From Mantamonas sphyraenae STR306 (lineage: Eukaryota; Protista; CRuMs): 64,000 nucleotides of DNA. Where the stretch lies: assembly GCA_026936335.1 (NCBI GenBank), contig JAPMXV010000046.1, positions 186,001-250,000 on the forward strand, given 5' to 3'. Below, in pieces: positions 24,301-35,759 of the stretch. The notes under the pieces were generated by a model, which was given only the letters and a program-made list of their open reading frames with translations, ran no database searches and was not told where the DNA came from. Every line of letters starts with the position of its first letter. Position 1 is the first letter of the stretch. Both the position numbers and the translations under genes were made by a program.

Positions 24301-27300
24301 AAGGTCGTGCCTCCTCCGGGCAAACCTGCCGAGAAGGACGTGTGCGGCGTGTGTGCCGGCGACGGCACAAGCTGCCTCGGCTGCGACGGCAAGCACTACC
24401 CTCAGGGCAACAAGAAGGTGTATGACCAGTGCGGTGTGTGCGGCGGCAACGACGCGACGTGCACAGGCTGCGACGGCAAGGTCGTGCCCCCTCCGGGCAC
24501 TCCGGCCAAGAAGGACGTGTGTGGCGTGTGTGCCGGCGACGGCACAAGCTGCCTCGGCTGCGACGGCAAGCACTACCCTCAGGGCAACAAGAAGGTGTAT
24601 GACCAGTGCGGCGTGTGCGGCGGCAACGACGCAACGTGCACAGGCTGCGACGGCAAGGTCGTGCCTCCTCCGGGCACTCCGGCCAAGAAGGATCCGTGCA
24701 ACGTGTGCGGAGGCGACGGCTCTAGCTGCGCTGGCTGCGACGGCGTGCCCAACTCGGGCAAGAAGTACGACCAGTGTGGCGTGTGCGGCGGTGACAGCTC
24801 GAGCTGTGCTGGCTGCGACGGCGTGCCCAACTCGGGCAAGAAGATCGACGTCTGCGGCGTGTGCGGAGGCGACGGCAAGGACTGCCTCGGCTGCGACGGC
24901 GTGCCCAACTCGGGCAAGAAGCTGGACAAGTGCGGCGTGTGTGACGGCGACGACTCGACATGCAAGGGCTGCGACGGCGTGCCCAACTCGGGCAAGAAGT
25001 ACGGCCCGTGCGGCATCTGTGACGGCGACGGCAAGACCTGCCTGGGCTGCGACGGCAAGCATTTACCCAACGACCCGTCCAAGCGCCCCGTGATCGACAA
25101 GTGCGGCGTGTGCGGCGGCGACGACACCAGCTGCGCAGGATGCGACGGCGTGCCCAACTCGGCAAGAAGAAGAACGACGCATGCAACGTTTGCGACGGAG
25201 ACGGCAAGAGCTGTCTCGGATGCGACGGCAAGCACTACCCCAACAACCCTGCATCGCGCCCTGTGATCGACAAGTGCGGCGTGTGCGGCGGCGACGATTC
25301 GTCCTGCCGCGGCTGCGACGGCCAGCTGTACCCCAACGGCAACAAGAAGATCTACGACGCCTGCGGCGTGTGTGACGGCAACAACAGCACGTGCACGGGC
25401 TGCGACGGCAAGGTGGTGCCGCCCTCTCAGGGCACGCCCACCAAGAAGGATCAGTGTGGCGTGTGTGGCGGCGACGACTCGTCGTGCACAGGTTGCGACG
25501 GCAAGGTCGTGCCCCCTCCGGGCACTCCTGCCAAGAAGGACCAATGTGGCGTGTGTGTGGCGGCGACGACTCGTCGTGCACAGGCTGCGACGGCAAGGTC
25601 GTGCCCCCTCCGGGCACTCCTGCCAAGAAGGACCAAATGTGGTGTGTGCAAGGGCGACGATTCGTCGTGCACGGGCTGCGACGGCAAGGTCGTGCCTCCT
25701 CCGGGCACACCCAAGTCGCGAGACGCCTGTGGTGTTTGTGACGGCGACGGCAACAGCTGCCGCGGTTGCGACGGCGTGCAGCACTCGGGCAAGAAGTACG
25801 ATAAGTGTGGCGTGTGCGACGGTGACGACACCAGCTGTGCAGGCTGCGACGGCGTGCCCAACTCGGGCAAGAAGTACGACGCCTGCGGCATCTGCGACGG
25901 CGATGGCAACTCGTGCCTGGGTTGCGACGGCAAGCAGTACCCGAACGACCCGTCCAAGCGCCCGCTGAACGATGCCTGTGGCGTGTGCGGAGGCAACGGC
26001 AGCTCTTGCTTGGGCTGCGATGGCAAGCACTACCCGAACGACCCGTCCAAGCGCCCGCTGAACGACGAATGCGGTGTGTGCGGCGGCGACTCCACCTCGT
26101 GTGCAGGCTGCGACGGCGTGCCCAACTCGGGCAAGAAGTACGACGAGTGTGGCATCTGCAACGGCAACGGCAACTCATGCTTGGGCTGCGACGGCAAGCA
26201 CTACCCGAACGACCCGTCCAAGCGCCCGCAAAACGACCAATGTGGCGTGTGCGGCGGCGACGACAGCAGCTGTGCAGGATGTGACGGCGTGCCCAACTCG
26301 GGCAAGCAGTACGACGCCTGCGGCATCTGCAACGGCGACGGAAAGAGCTGCCTCGGATGCGACGGCAAGCACTACCCGAATGACCCGTCCAAGCGCCCCG
26401 TGCTGGACCAGTGCGGCGTGTGCGGCGGCGACGACAGCAGCTGCGCCGGATGTGACGGCGTACCCAACTCGGGCAAGAAATACGATCTGTGTGGCGTGTG
26501 CAACGGCGACAGCAGCACCTGCAAGGGCTGCGACGGTGTGCCCAACTCGGGCAAGGTGTTTGACGCATGCGGCGTGTGCGGCGGCGACGGCTCCAGCTGC
26601 GCAGGATGTGACGGCGTGCCCAAGTCGGGCAAGAAGTACGATCCATGCGGCGTGTGCGACGGCGACGGAAGCACGTGTGCGGGATGTGACGGCGTGCCCA
26701 ACTCGGGCAAGGTGTACGATCCGTGCGGCGTGTGCGGCGGCAACGGCTCTAGCTGCGCTGGCTGCGACGGCGTGCCCAACTCGGGCAAGAAGAACGACCC
26801 GTGTGGCATCTGCGACGGCAACGGCCAGAGCTGCGCCGGCTGCGACGGCGTGCCCAACTCGGGCAAGGAGTACGACGCCTGCGGCGTGTGTGCAGGTGAC
26901 TCGACCTCGTGCGCTGGCTGCGATGGCGTGCCCAACAGCGGCAAGAAGTACGACGCCTGCGGCGTGTGCGGAGGCAACGGGCAGAGCTGTGCCGGGTGCG
27001 ACGGCGTGCCCAACTCGGGCAAGGAGTACGATGCGTGCGGCGTGTGTGGCGGCAACGGCCAGACGTGCGCAGGTTGCGACGGCGTGTCCAACTCGGGCAA
27101 GGTGTACGACCAGTGTGGCGTGTGCGGAGGCGACAACAGCGCTTGCCGCGGATGCGACGGCGTGATTGTGCCCCCTGCCAACGGTCAGCCGGCCAAGTAC
27201 GACCTGTGTGGCGTGTGTGGCGGCAACAACAGCACGTGCACTGGATGCGACGGCGTGATTGTGCCCCCTGCCAATGGCCAGCCCAAGGCGTATGATGCCT

Positions 27301-28712
27301 GCGGCGTGTGCGACGGCAACGGCCTGAGCTGCCTGGGCTGCGACGGAAAGTTGTACCCCAACGGCGGCAAGCCCGTGTACGACCAGTGTGGCGTGTGTGC
27401 GGGCGACAACAGCGCGTGCACAGGCTGCGACGGCGTCGTTGTGCCTCCTCCGGGCACACCCACAGGATACGACCAGTGTGGCGTGTGCGGAGGCAACGAC
27501 GAGAGCTGCAAGGGTTGCGACGGCGTGGTCAACTCGGGCAAGACGTACGACGTGTGCGGCGTGTGCGGTGGCAACGGACAGAGCTGCCTGGGATGTGACG
27601 GCGTGCCCAACTCGGGCAAGGTTTACGACCAGTGCGGCGTGTGCGGAGGCGACAACAGTGCATGCACAGGCTGTGACGGCGTGATTGTGCCCCCTGCCAA
27701 CGGCCAGCCCAAGGCGTACGACGTGTGTGGCGTGTGCGGTGGCAACGGACAGAGCTGTCTTGGATGCGACGGCGTGATCAACTCGGGCAAGGTGGTCGAC
27801 GCATGCGGTGTGTGCGGAGGCGACAACGGAACGTGCACAGGATGCAACGGCGTGCCTGTGCCGCCGCCCGGATCCCCGGCGACGTACGATGCGTGCGGCG
27901 TGTGTGGCGGAAACGGCCAGAGCTGCGCTGGATGTGACGGCGTGCCCAACTCGGGCAAGCAATACGACCAGTGTGGCGTGTGTGACGGCAACAACGCATG
28001 CGTGGGCTGTGATGGCGTGGCTGTGCCCAACGGCGAACCGGCTCAATACGATCCGTGCGGCGTGTGTGGCGGCAACGGCCAGAGCTGCGCTGGATGTGAC
28101 GGCGTGCCCAACTCGGGCAAGGTGTACGACCAGTGCGGTGTGTGTGGCGGCAACGACGAGTGCGTGGGCTGCGACGGCGTTCCCAACAGCGGCGCACAGC
28201 TGGATGCGTGCGGCGTATGCGGCGGCTCCGGCAGGCGCTGTCTTGGCTGCGACGGCGTGTTTGGCAGCAACAAGAAGTACGACCAGTGTGGCGTGTGCGA
28301 CGGTGACGGTAGCACGTGCCGTGGCTGCGACGGCGTCCTGAACTCGGGCGCCACGTACGATGCTTGCGGCGTTTGCAACGGCGACAACAGCACGTGTCTG
28401 GGTTGCGACGGCGTGCCCAACAGCGGCAAGGTGTTTGTCAACGGCGTGTGCGGAGGCAACAACACCAACTCGACAAGCAACGGCAACCAGCAGGCGGCGG
28501 TCACAAGCGGCCTGGTGGCCGGTGCGGCCGGAGGCGTGGGAATCCTGTCCTACTGGCTCAAGAAGCAGCTGGGATTCAGCGGTTCGCATGCCGAGATGAT
28601 GGACGACGTCGACAATGCGTTTGCCTTCCAGGACAGTCCGCTCTACGACGGCTTTGGCGACATGGGAAGCCAAAACCCTCTGTACCAGGCGCCAGAGCTT
28701 GGAGACGCGTGA
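21357..28712 (+). CDS. Type I membrane surface protein: signal peptide, 3 CUB-like domains, ~58 Cys-rich repeats, TM helix, NPxY tail (four apparent indel frameshifts)
   Basis: Signal peptide [21 protein letters not shown] and four introns in 21437-22508. CUB-like CW.I/V..RLRF..F.LES..V.....ITLTFHS....FSA.W domains at ~22220-23620. Tandem DxCGVCGGDxSxCxGCDG repeats. TM segment [24 protein letters not shown]. Tail SPLY...NPLY. Confidence 0.85.
23629..28460 (+). repeat. Coding tandem array of ~58 degenerate Cys-rich units (~75-95 bp)
   Basis: Recurring tgcggcgtgtgcggcggcgac ... ggctgcgacggc with several alternative linker types. Counted by hand from the translation. Confidence 0.95.
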
Positions 28713-28832
28713 TGAAGGGAAGGGATGGAAACTGATGAGGGGGAGATGAGGGAAGCAAAAAGAAAAGCGTGCTTGACCCTTGCCACGAGACCACGAGTTT
28801 TGTTGTTGTTGTGCTCTGTGTGAGGCAAAGCG

Positions 28833-29530
28833 ATGTCGGCGGGAACCGGAACCGGCCAGCAGCGGGAGCTGGCGGCCATCGGGATCCGCGTTGCGCAGCA
28901 GTGGGTGGAGGAGCAAGGATGGTCTTTGGCAAACTATAGCATTAGCATCAGCTCTGTGCAGTCGTGTCCAGAGGGCCTGTTGAGCGTCGACGCGTCGCAC
29001 CTGGCTCACGCCGCAGACCTCGCTTCGCCCCTGTCGCCCAAGGAGAGGCTACGCAGGTCGCGTGTGCTTGTGAGTGGATGGGAGAGATGGGAGGGAAGAG
29101 GGGGAGGGAAGAGGGGGGAAAGGGAGAGGGAGAGGGATCAAGCTGACACAGAGCGCAGGAGATCGATGTAGAAGAGGGTGCTGTGGATGAGGTGCTTGCG
29201 GCACGGGACGAGTCGATGTTGCAACGGATAACAGGTGTGGAGGCACTGCATGTGCGTGCAGAGGAGCTGGAGGACAAGATCGAGCAGAGCAGGGCGCGGC
29301 AGCGGTTCTTTGAGACGGCCACGGACGAGGAGGTGGAGACCATGCTGCAGGTGGAGTATGCAGGAGGGACGGGTGGAGAGGAGGAGGGAGGACAGGATGA
29401 GGAGGAGGAGGACGGGGCGCTGGATGCGACGGTGGAGCAGGTCGGAGAGGAGAGGAGGAGGAGGCGGAAGGGCAAAGCAAGGGTGGAGGAGATTGGAGAG
29501 GAGGTGGAGGAGGAAGAGGCAGCGTGGTGA
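28833..29530 (+). CDS. Acidic protein of unknown function (~200 aa, two exons), copy 1
   Basis: Exon 28833-29069 (MSAGTGTGQQ..RSRVL), GTGAGT...CTGAC...CAG intron 29070-29158, in-frame exon 29159-29530 (EIDVEEG..EEEEAAW). Confidence 0.65.
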
Positions 29531-29927
29531 CGTGGTGACGAGGATGGGATCACACTTGGGGCTGGTGGGGATGTTTTTGGCATGGGATGGGTGGGATGGA
29601 CGAGTTCCAGGGAATGGGCGGGTTTGCAGCGAGGGGCCCCGTTTCGTCGAAGGCGGCAGGGCGGCGAAAGGAGGGTGGCTGGGGGAGAGTTGAAAAGGGC
29701 CCGGGCCGCGAGTGCGCAGGGTGGAGCAAGTGAATGCGATTGGGCCACGGCTACTTGATCTGGACACAGAGCAACAGGAGCAGAAGCACGAGTCAACGCA
29801 GCAGGGAGAACAACAACCACGCAGCAACAAGGGCAACGAGCCACAGACAAGAGAAATCATACAGGAGAGGCGAGAGTCAAGAAGAAGCATGAGCAGCCAC
29901 ACGAGCAGGAGAGAACGAATGAGGAGG

Positions 29928-30452
29928 ATGGGGGACGAAGATGACAAGGAAGTGTTTGGGAACGAAGGGGAGTTTGAGACGGGGGCGGAGACGTCGATGA
30001 CGAAGGCGGTGGGGGCGAATGAGGTGCGTGTGGGGTCGTACCTGATGGTGAAGGGCACACACCCGTGTCAGGTGACGTCGCTGGAGCGGTTCCAGAACGG
30101 GAAGCACGGGGGAAGGAAGATGACGGTGGTGGGACGGTGTCTGCTGAGCGGGAAGCGCGTGGAGGATGCGTTCTCGTGCCACGACCGTCTGGACGAGCCC
30201 GTGGTGGAGCGGGCAGACTACATGGTGGTGGACATCCAAGACGGGTATCTGGCAATGCTGGATGAGGCCGGAGAGATGCGGGAGGACGTGGCGATGCCCG
30301 AGGACGAGCAGCTGGCGATGGAGATTGAAGAGAGCATGGAGAAGGCGGAGGGGTCGAGCATGGAGGAGGCGAGGGAAGTGTATGTGCAGGTGATGCGGGT
30401 GATGGGCAAGGATGTCGTGCTGGGGGTCAAGACGAAGAAGGTGTCTGCGTGA
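29928..30452 (+). CDS. Divergent eIF5A-family protein, copy 1
   Basis: VRVGSYLMVKGTHPCQV, GKHG, DYMVVDIQDGYLAMLDEAGEMREDVAMPE and VYVQVMRVMG match the eIF5A layout. The hypusine loop reads ERFQNGKHGGRK. Confidence 0.88.
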   Translation: MGDEDDKEVFGNEGEFETGAETSMTKAVGANEVRVGSYLMVKGTHPCQVTSLERFQNGKHGGRKMTVVGRCLLSGKRVEDAFSCHDRLDEPVVERADYMVVDIQDGYLAMLDEAGEMREDVAMPEDEQLAMEIEESMEKAEGSSMEEAREVYVQVMRVMGKDVVLGVKTKKVSA

Positions 30453-30512
30453 TGAGTTGAGAGGGAGAAGGGGTTTGTGAATGCAGGGATGAGGATTGTA
30501 CATTGCATGGGA

Positions 30513-32660
30513 TCACAGAGTGGCCATCCAGTGCATCACGCGCGAAAACAGCTCGTCCGGGAGTGTGCTCCACAGAGCAGTGGGCTCATACGCCTGCATG
30601 TCACCAGCCTCAAACATCACATGTCGTTCCTCAGAGTTCATCACCATTGCCGTCTCCAAAGCCTCGTCCAGCTGCGACGACCCACCAATCCAATGCCATT
30701 CCTCCCTCCAACCCCGTTCCTGCACCATCTCCCACGCACTGGGGCAGAATGCATAGCCTTGGAACCGAACTGGTTGCAGCCACGGATCTGCACCAAACTC
30801 ACGTGCGACATCCACAACTTCGGCGTTCTGGCATCGAATGCCCACTTCAAGGATGGATCGTTCATCCATGCCGTCGTCCACCGACCATGGCATGGCGTCC
30901 ACCGGTACCCCGTCCTTCAGCAGCCTCCGTACACCCTCCACATCCCCCGACTCTGCACGGAGGACCATCTCCTGCGCACGACGACAGTTCCTGCTGGCCA
31001 GATGGGCCCCACCCCCCGTGTTCCACCTGCCCATGCTCAGCAGCGTGGTGTTGGACGACAGATCCTGAAATTCGCTGCCCCGGTCGATGCAGACCACCAT
31101 CAACCTCGGATTGCGCAACAGCGACGACTCCAACGCCGGGAATGCCAACTGCGGGCCGAAACTGGGTTGAATCATGTTCCCTAGAAACCGAAAGTCCCGC
31201 AAGCCTTGGTTGTCTCCCAGTGCTTCCATCAGCTCCACCATCCCATCTGCGTCATAGTCGTTTACCAGAGTGTATCCCAGGTTCAGATGCCTCAGGGTGG
31301 AGTTCTTCCGCACCATGTGTGCCACCAACGGCAGATCCTTTGCCTTGATGGGCCACTTCCTCATGTCGCAGTAGTGCAAGCTAGTGTTGTCTGCCAGAAT
31401 CCCCAGCATCGTTTGCACCGTTTCAGGATGCGTGCGTATCATGTAGCCAACGTTGAGATGCACCAGAGTGCTGTTGTTTGCAAGGCCGTCCAGGAACGCT
31501 TCTTCGTCTTCCAAGTTTGCCACCTCGGGTGCATGGGACGATCCATAGGCGATGTTCAGATGGGTGAGCACATCGTTGGTGGCCAGCGCTTGGCCAAGGT
31601 AGAACAGAAACCTTGTCGTGACTCTCCGAACTTGTGCCATGGCAAGCTTGCGCACAAATCTGTTGTTGATCATCCACTTCGACACGGTGCACAATGCCTT
31701 GCCGGACATCGTGCACTTAATGAACTCGAGGGATTGCAAGCATTTGTGCACATTCAGGACTTTGAGGAGCGAGGCCACGCTGTTTGCACTCACGTTGCTG
31801 CTCTTGATGTGGAGGTGGCGCAGTTTGGATCCTTTAAGTCCCGCTTCAAGCCCGTCCAGCGACTTGCACTTGACCTCCAACTTTTGCAAACAGTCCCAGC
31901 CACTCAAAGCCTCGCCCAACTGGGCTCCATCTGTGTCATTGTGCTTCAGACCGATGGCAAGGTGTTCCACACGAGCGTTGTGAAGAGCTGCCACCGTTCG
32001 GTGACCAACTTCGTTGAGGATGAAGCGCAGCTGTTCCATGCGCCTGTCACTCAGTGCCTCCACGATGGCAGCTCCAGCTCGGTCCTGCACACCCACGTAG
32101 TTCAATGTGAGGCGCACGATGGACGATTGTGGCAACGCGGCCGCAAGGGCAAACGTCGCATCTTTGCCAATCACGTTTCTCGACAGCGTCAGCTCCTTCA
32201 GAGTCTGCTGAATCAACACAGTCACAAAGATGGTATTCAATGCCTCTAAAGAGGCCATCGACAGACTCTGGTACAGATGTAGAGACGTGAGTTGCGAGCA
32301 TGACAAGCTTGCGAGCTCGTCACGATCTTCGTTCAGCGCAAAATTCCACACAAAGGACGCAACCTTGTCCGTGGCCAGCAACGCAGCCGCCGTACCCTGC
32401 ACTCCCTCTCCGCAGGAGACGTCCAGGCGCCGCACCACGCCGTGGTCGAGCCGTTCCAGGGTTTCCACCAGTTGCGGCAGGGTTTCGTCCGTCAGATGCA
32501 CAGTGGCCTCTCCAAGGCTGGAAAGCAACGCCACACACCCATCAATATCGCCCCGGAGAAGCAAGCTTCCAACTGTGGGTGGGGCTCTCTTGAAATTGCC
32601 ACTCAGAGACCCCAAAGACCCAGCAATCAAATTGAATGGTTTTCGCGTGTTTGGTTTCAT
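30513..32660 (-). CDS. RNI-like (NLRC3-type) LRR protein with one ankyrin-like repeat and a C-terminal F-box/PRANC-like motif
   Basis: LRRs such as LATNDVLTHLNIAY, LANNSTLVHLNVGY and KNSTLRHLNLGY. Ankyrin-like AESGDVEGVRRLLKDGVPVD...GADP. Ends in WSTLPDELFSRVMHWM. Likely ATG 32660, just past the ARMC2 stop. Intronless. Confidence 0.8.
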   Translation of the reverse strand: MKPNTRKPFNLIAGSLGSLSGNFKRAPPTVGSLLLRGDIDGCVALLSSLGEATVHLTDETLPQLVETLERLDHGVVRRLDVSCGEGVQGTAAALLATDKVASFVWNFALNEDRDELASLSCSQLTSLHLYQSLSMASLEALNTIFVTVLIQQTLKELTLSRNVIGKDATFALAAALPQSSIVRLTLNYVGVQDRAGAAIVEALSDRRMEQLRFILNEVGHRTVAALHNARVEHLAIGLKHNDTDGAQLGEALSGWDCLQKLEVKCKSLDGLEAGLKGSKLRHLHIKSSNVSANSVASLLKVLNVHKCLQSLEFIKCTMSGKALCTVSKWMINNRFVRKLAMAQVRRVTTRFLFYLGQALATNDVLTHLNIAYGSSHAPEVANLEDEEAFLDGLANNSTLVHLNVGYMIRTHPETVQTMLGILADNTSLHYCDMRKWPIKAKDLPLVAHMVRKNSTLRHLNLGYTLVNDYDADGMVELMEALGDNQGLRDFRFLGNMIQPSFGPQLAFPALESSLLRNPRLMVVCIDRGSEFQDLSSNTTLLSMGRWNTGGGAHLASRNCRRAQEMVLRAESGDVEGVRRLLKDGVPVDAMPWSVDDGMDERSILEVGIRCQNAEVVDVAREFGADPWLQPVRFQGYAFCPSAWEMVQERGWREEWHWIGGSSQLDEALETAMVMNSEERHVMFEAGDMQAYEPTALWSTLPDELFSRVMHWMATL

Positions 32661-32724
32661 TCTGGATGCGTTGGGGCAGCACTGCACTGCACACGTCGAC
32701 CCACTCACACATCCACCCAAGCCC

Positions 32725-35700
32725 TTAGCCTTCATTGTCCTGTGCCACGGGAAGCTCTTCCAGCATGGACTCTGTTTGCTGTGCTCGCGCTTCAATGTCA
32801 TCGTGCATTGTGACAATGTCGTCGAGGTCTTCCAGGAGGGGCATGGCCACCTGTTTAAGTTCAAGGAGGAGAGAAGGATCGTGTGACTGTGGCGTGGCTG
32901 TGGCTGTGTCGAGAATGCGGCCGACAACGAGCTTGATGAGGTTGCACTCGTCACGGGTGAAGCACAGGCGGTGGCTGTGCTGCAAACGGAAGTTGTACAG
33001 GGTCTTGCAGACAGCCACAACCATGGCCAGATTGTGACTAAAACGATCCAGGACGTCGATGAGTTTGGTGACGCCTGCGGCGTCGCGTAGGATATCTGTG
33101 CACTGGCTATCGCTCATCAGGTTCATGAGCACGCCGCAAACATTGATGACAATGGCCTCCTCGTTGTGGTCCAGCAGGATGACCAGGGCTTCGTCCACAC
33201 GGTGCGACTGCATGAGCATGCGCACGTCGCCACTGCGGGAAAAGTTGCCCATGGCTCGTGTGGACTCGATGACAAACTCTTCGTTGTCGTGAAAGAGCAT
33301 GTCCTTGAGGATGCCCGTGTACTCCAGGCGTTTGTGCAACACGCGGTTGTCCTCACTGTCGTAGAAGGAGATGTTGCGCACCGCACAAACGAGATTGAGC
33401 TCCAGCTCCTCCAGGGCCTCGGTGCGTGTGTCATCGAGGATGTCCAGCAGCGTGTCGATGTTCTCGTGGGCGGCAATGCGGATACCAATGTTGGGATCGA
33501 TGGCCAGGTTGGCAATGACGCGCACAAGCTTCATGAGCACATCCGCCGTTGTGCGCACGGCTCGCTCTCCCTCGGCGTCCAGGTACAGCCGGCCATACTC
33601 TGCGAGGAGGCCCAAGAGGCCCGTGACACCCGACTCGCTGGCAATGACCTGGCGAATGTCGTTGGTGGAGGAGGAGAGGTTGCCGAGGATGAAGCACGCG
33701 CGGATGGCCAGATTGAGGTCGCTCTGGTGGGTGGCCAGGACGTTCTTGAGCTGCGAAATGTAATGTGGGTTCTCTTGGTAAAAGGCGCGAAATTCTGCGT
33801 GGTAGGTGAGCTTGCTGAGGATGCGCATGACGTGGAACATGAGCTCCGCGTGTGCTCCATACGCGAGGGTGAGGTCACTCAGCGGCTGCATGACATTAAA
33901 GACAAGCAACTGGGTGCGTTGTTGCTCGTCCAGGGAGAGGTTGCGCAGTGTGGCAGTGACCTGAATGTACAGCTGGGCGAGCTTGAGAGCACGCGCCTCG
34001 TCTAGCTCGCTTGCCTGGGCGGCCTGGTCGTCGATTTCCGACTTGAGGAGTCCAATGAGCACGGGGATAGCGCCGTGGTGTGTCAGCTGCGCTTGGTTTT
34101 TTCGATTGATGGAGGCATTCTTGAGGGTGCCCACGGCAAAGAGCATGATCTCAAAGTTGAGTTCGCCCATGTCCAGAATGTGCAGGAGCGGGGCAAACAG
34201 TTGCTCCTCGCGGAATACGCCGTCATTGTGTTCGTCTTTGCTGAGTTTGAACAGCAGCTTGCAGATGTTCTTCATGCTACGCGAGTTGGTCGTGGTGATT
34301 TTCAGCGAGATGCGCGCAATCTTGAGCAGCACAGACACAGACGAGGTGTCCATGTACTGGAAGAGACACTTGAGGATGTGCTTGCGTTTCAGACCTTGGG
34401 TGTCGCTGTAGGCCAGGAAGTGGTACTGCTCCAGCACCATGTACAAAGAGTCGAGCACGGTTTCCAGCGTATGTACATCCATGCACTCTGGCTCCTCGTC
34501 GTCAAACAACTCGTCGTCGTCGCGCAGATGCTCGGCCAACAACCGTTGCTGCTCCTCAGCCTGCTCCTGTGCGTCCAACGCTGCCTGGCTGCCCTCCAGG
34601 GGCACAAGAAGCGACAGCAGCTGCTGTACGTTCATCCATGCCAGCTGTTCGTCCTTATTCGATGGTGCCTCAATGTCCCCAAAGCTGCTCGAGCGTTGCA
34701 TGCGATGCTCCCCTTGTGCGTCATCCGCGGTGTCGTCTTCACTGTTGCGTGCAGCCAGAACGGAGGAGGACACGGCCCCGGAGGAGAAGGGCGACGAGGT
34801 TGTGACACGCACCGATCCACTACTGCTGCTGCTACTGCTGCTGCTGCTGCTACTATTGCTGCGTGGGTTGTGTTGCAGGTCATTGGCGGATGAAGCACGC
34901 ACGGGTGGCCGTGGGTTGCCAGACGGCGGCCGAGGACGACGCCCGGGCCGACCCGACGGCGGGCGTGCTTTGCCCTTGCGTGACGGCGGACGGCCTGTGA
35001 ACGGAGTCAGCGGTGAGAGAAGAGCAGAAGAGGAGAGAGACAAAGCAGACGCAAAGTGGAGAATGAGTGTGGGGGGGCTGGGGTGGTGTGGGAACAAACC
35101 TCGTGATGTAGAGTCGCCGCCATCGTCTTCTGCTTCGTTGCCTTCTTGGGCATCTCGCTCAGCCTGCAGGGCATACTCTTGTTCCAGGCGCACCTGAGCT
35201 TGTTGATACTCTTCTGAGGAGCGTGTCGGGTGGTGGCGGATCATCGTGTGGCGGTCGTCAGAGTGCACTTTGAGAACTTGGGCCTGGGCCTGGGCGCTCG
35301 GTTGCACTTCCTCCTCAGCATCCTCGTATGTAAAGCTGTCTTCCTCCTCGTCGCCGCTGCTGCCGCCTTCATTGTCCTCCCCGCCCAGTCGGCTGTCTCC
35401 CATGGCCGTTTCAGGCCGTTCGAGGTCGCTCATAAACACGGCACGGTTCATGCTGCAGTGCGCGCGAAAAACGTCCGGGTCAGCCGAAACCAAACCCTCG
35501 TCAGGGCGGCCATGGTACTGCGTGGAGGAAGAATGGGCAGGTGGCAATGGACATGCATACAGGTGGAGGGAACCTACGCGTAGGAGGAACTGGGTCGCGC
35601 CTGGGGTTTGTACTCTCCGGGACGAAACAAGCGGCGTTGCGACCCATCCATGGGCGTCTGAGGACGCGTAGGACGTGCCAGCGACGCACGTTTACGTGCA

Positions 35701-35759
35701 CCGCGCATGGCCTTTGCCAGCGTGGTCGACGGGGCCATCGGGTCTTCCGGCTCGCTCAT
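32725..35759 (-). CDS. ARMC2: Armadillo repeat-containing protein 2 (flagellar radial-spoke transport adaptor family)
   Basis: N-terminal RPQTPMDGSQRRLF..RPSSSYA motif plus ARM repeats (LFKLSKDEHND, VGTLKN, VTATLRNL, RILSKL, FILGNL, KLVRVIANL, RNISFY, RAMGNFSR, CGVLMNL). Exons ~35759-35580, ~35452-35100, ~34994-32725. Confidence 0.85.

Larger units (their letters stand above)
28740..30613 (+). repeat. Left arm of ~1.87-kb inverted repeat
   Basis: Reverse complement of 36442-38293 (e.g. ggggagatgagggaagcaaaaagaaaagcgtgcttgaccc ... catgtcaccagcctcaa). The arms differ by scattered SNPs and a 21-bp indel. Confidence 0.97.

Noticed and set aside
26175-29009. Long antisense or alternative-frame ORFs (also 46-1140, 8461-9978, 13182-14747, 23359-25062, 41608-43716, 44109-45848, 54070-56331, 59875-61872, 62065-63444)
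   Set aside because: Shadow ORFs of GC-rich, codon-biased or repetitive genes. The translations have no recognisable domains.
29712-29927. 72-aa N-terminal extension of the eIF5A-like ORF
   Set aside because: Begins at GTG, is low-complexity purine-rich sequence and lies upstream of the normal eIF5A start position. Probably promoter/UTR.
32661-33020. N-terminal extension of the LRR ORF overlapping the ARMC2 3' end
   Set aside because: Starts at a non-ATG codon inside ARMC2 in another frame. ATG 32660 after the ARMC2 stop is more parsimonious.
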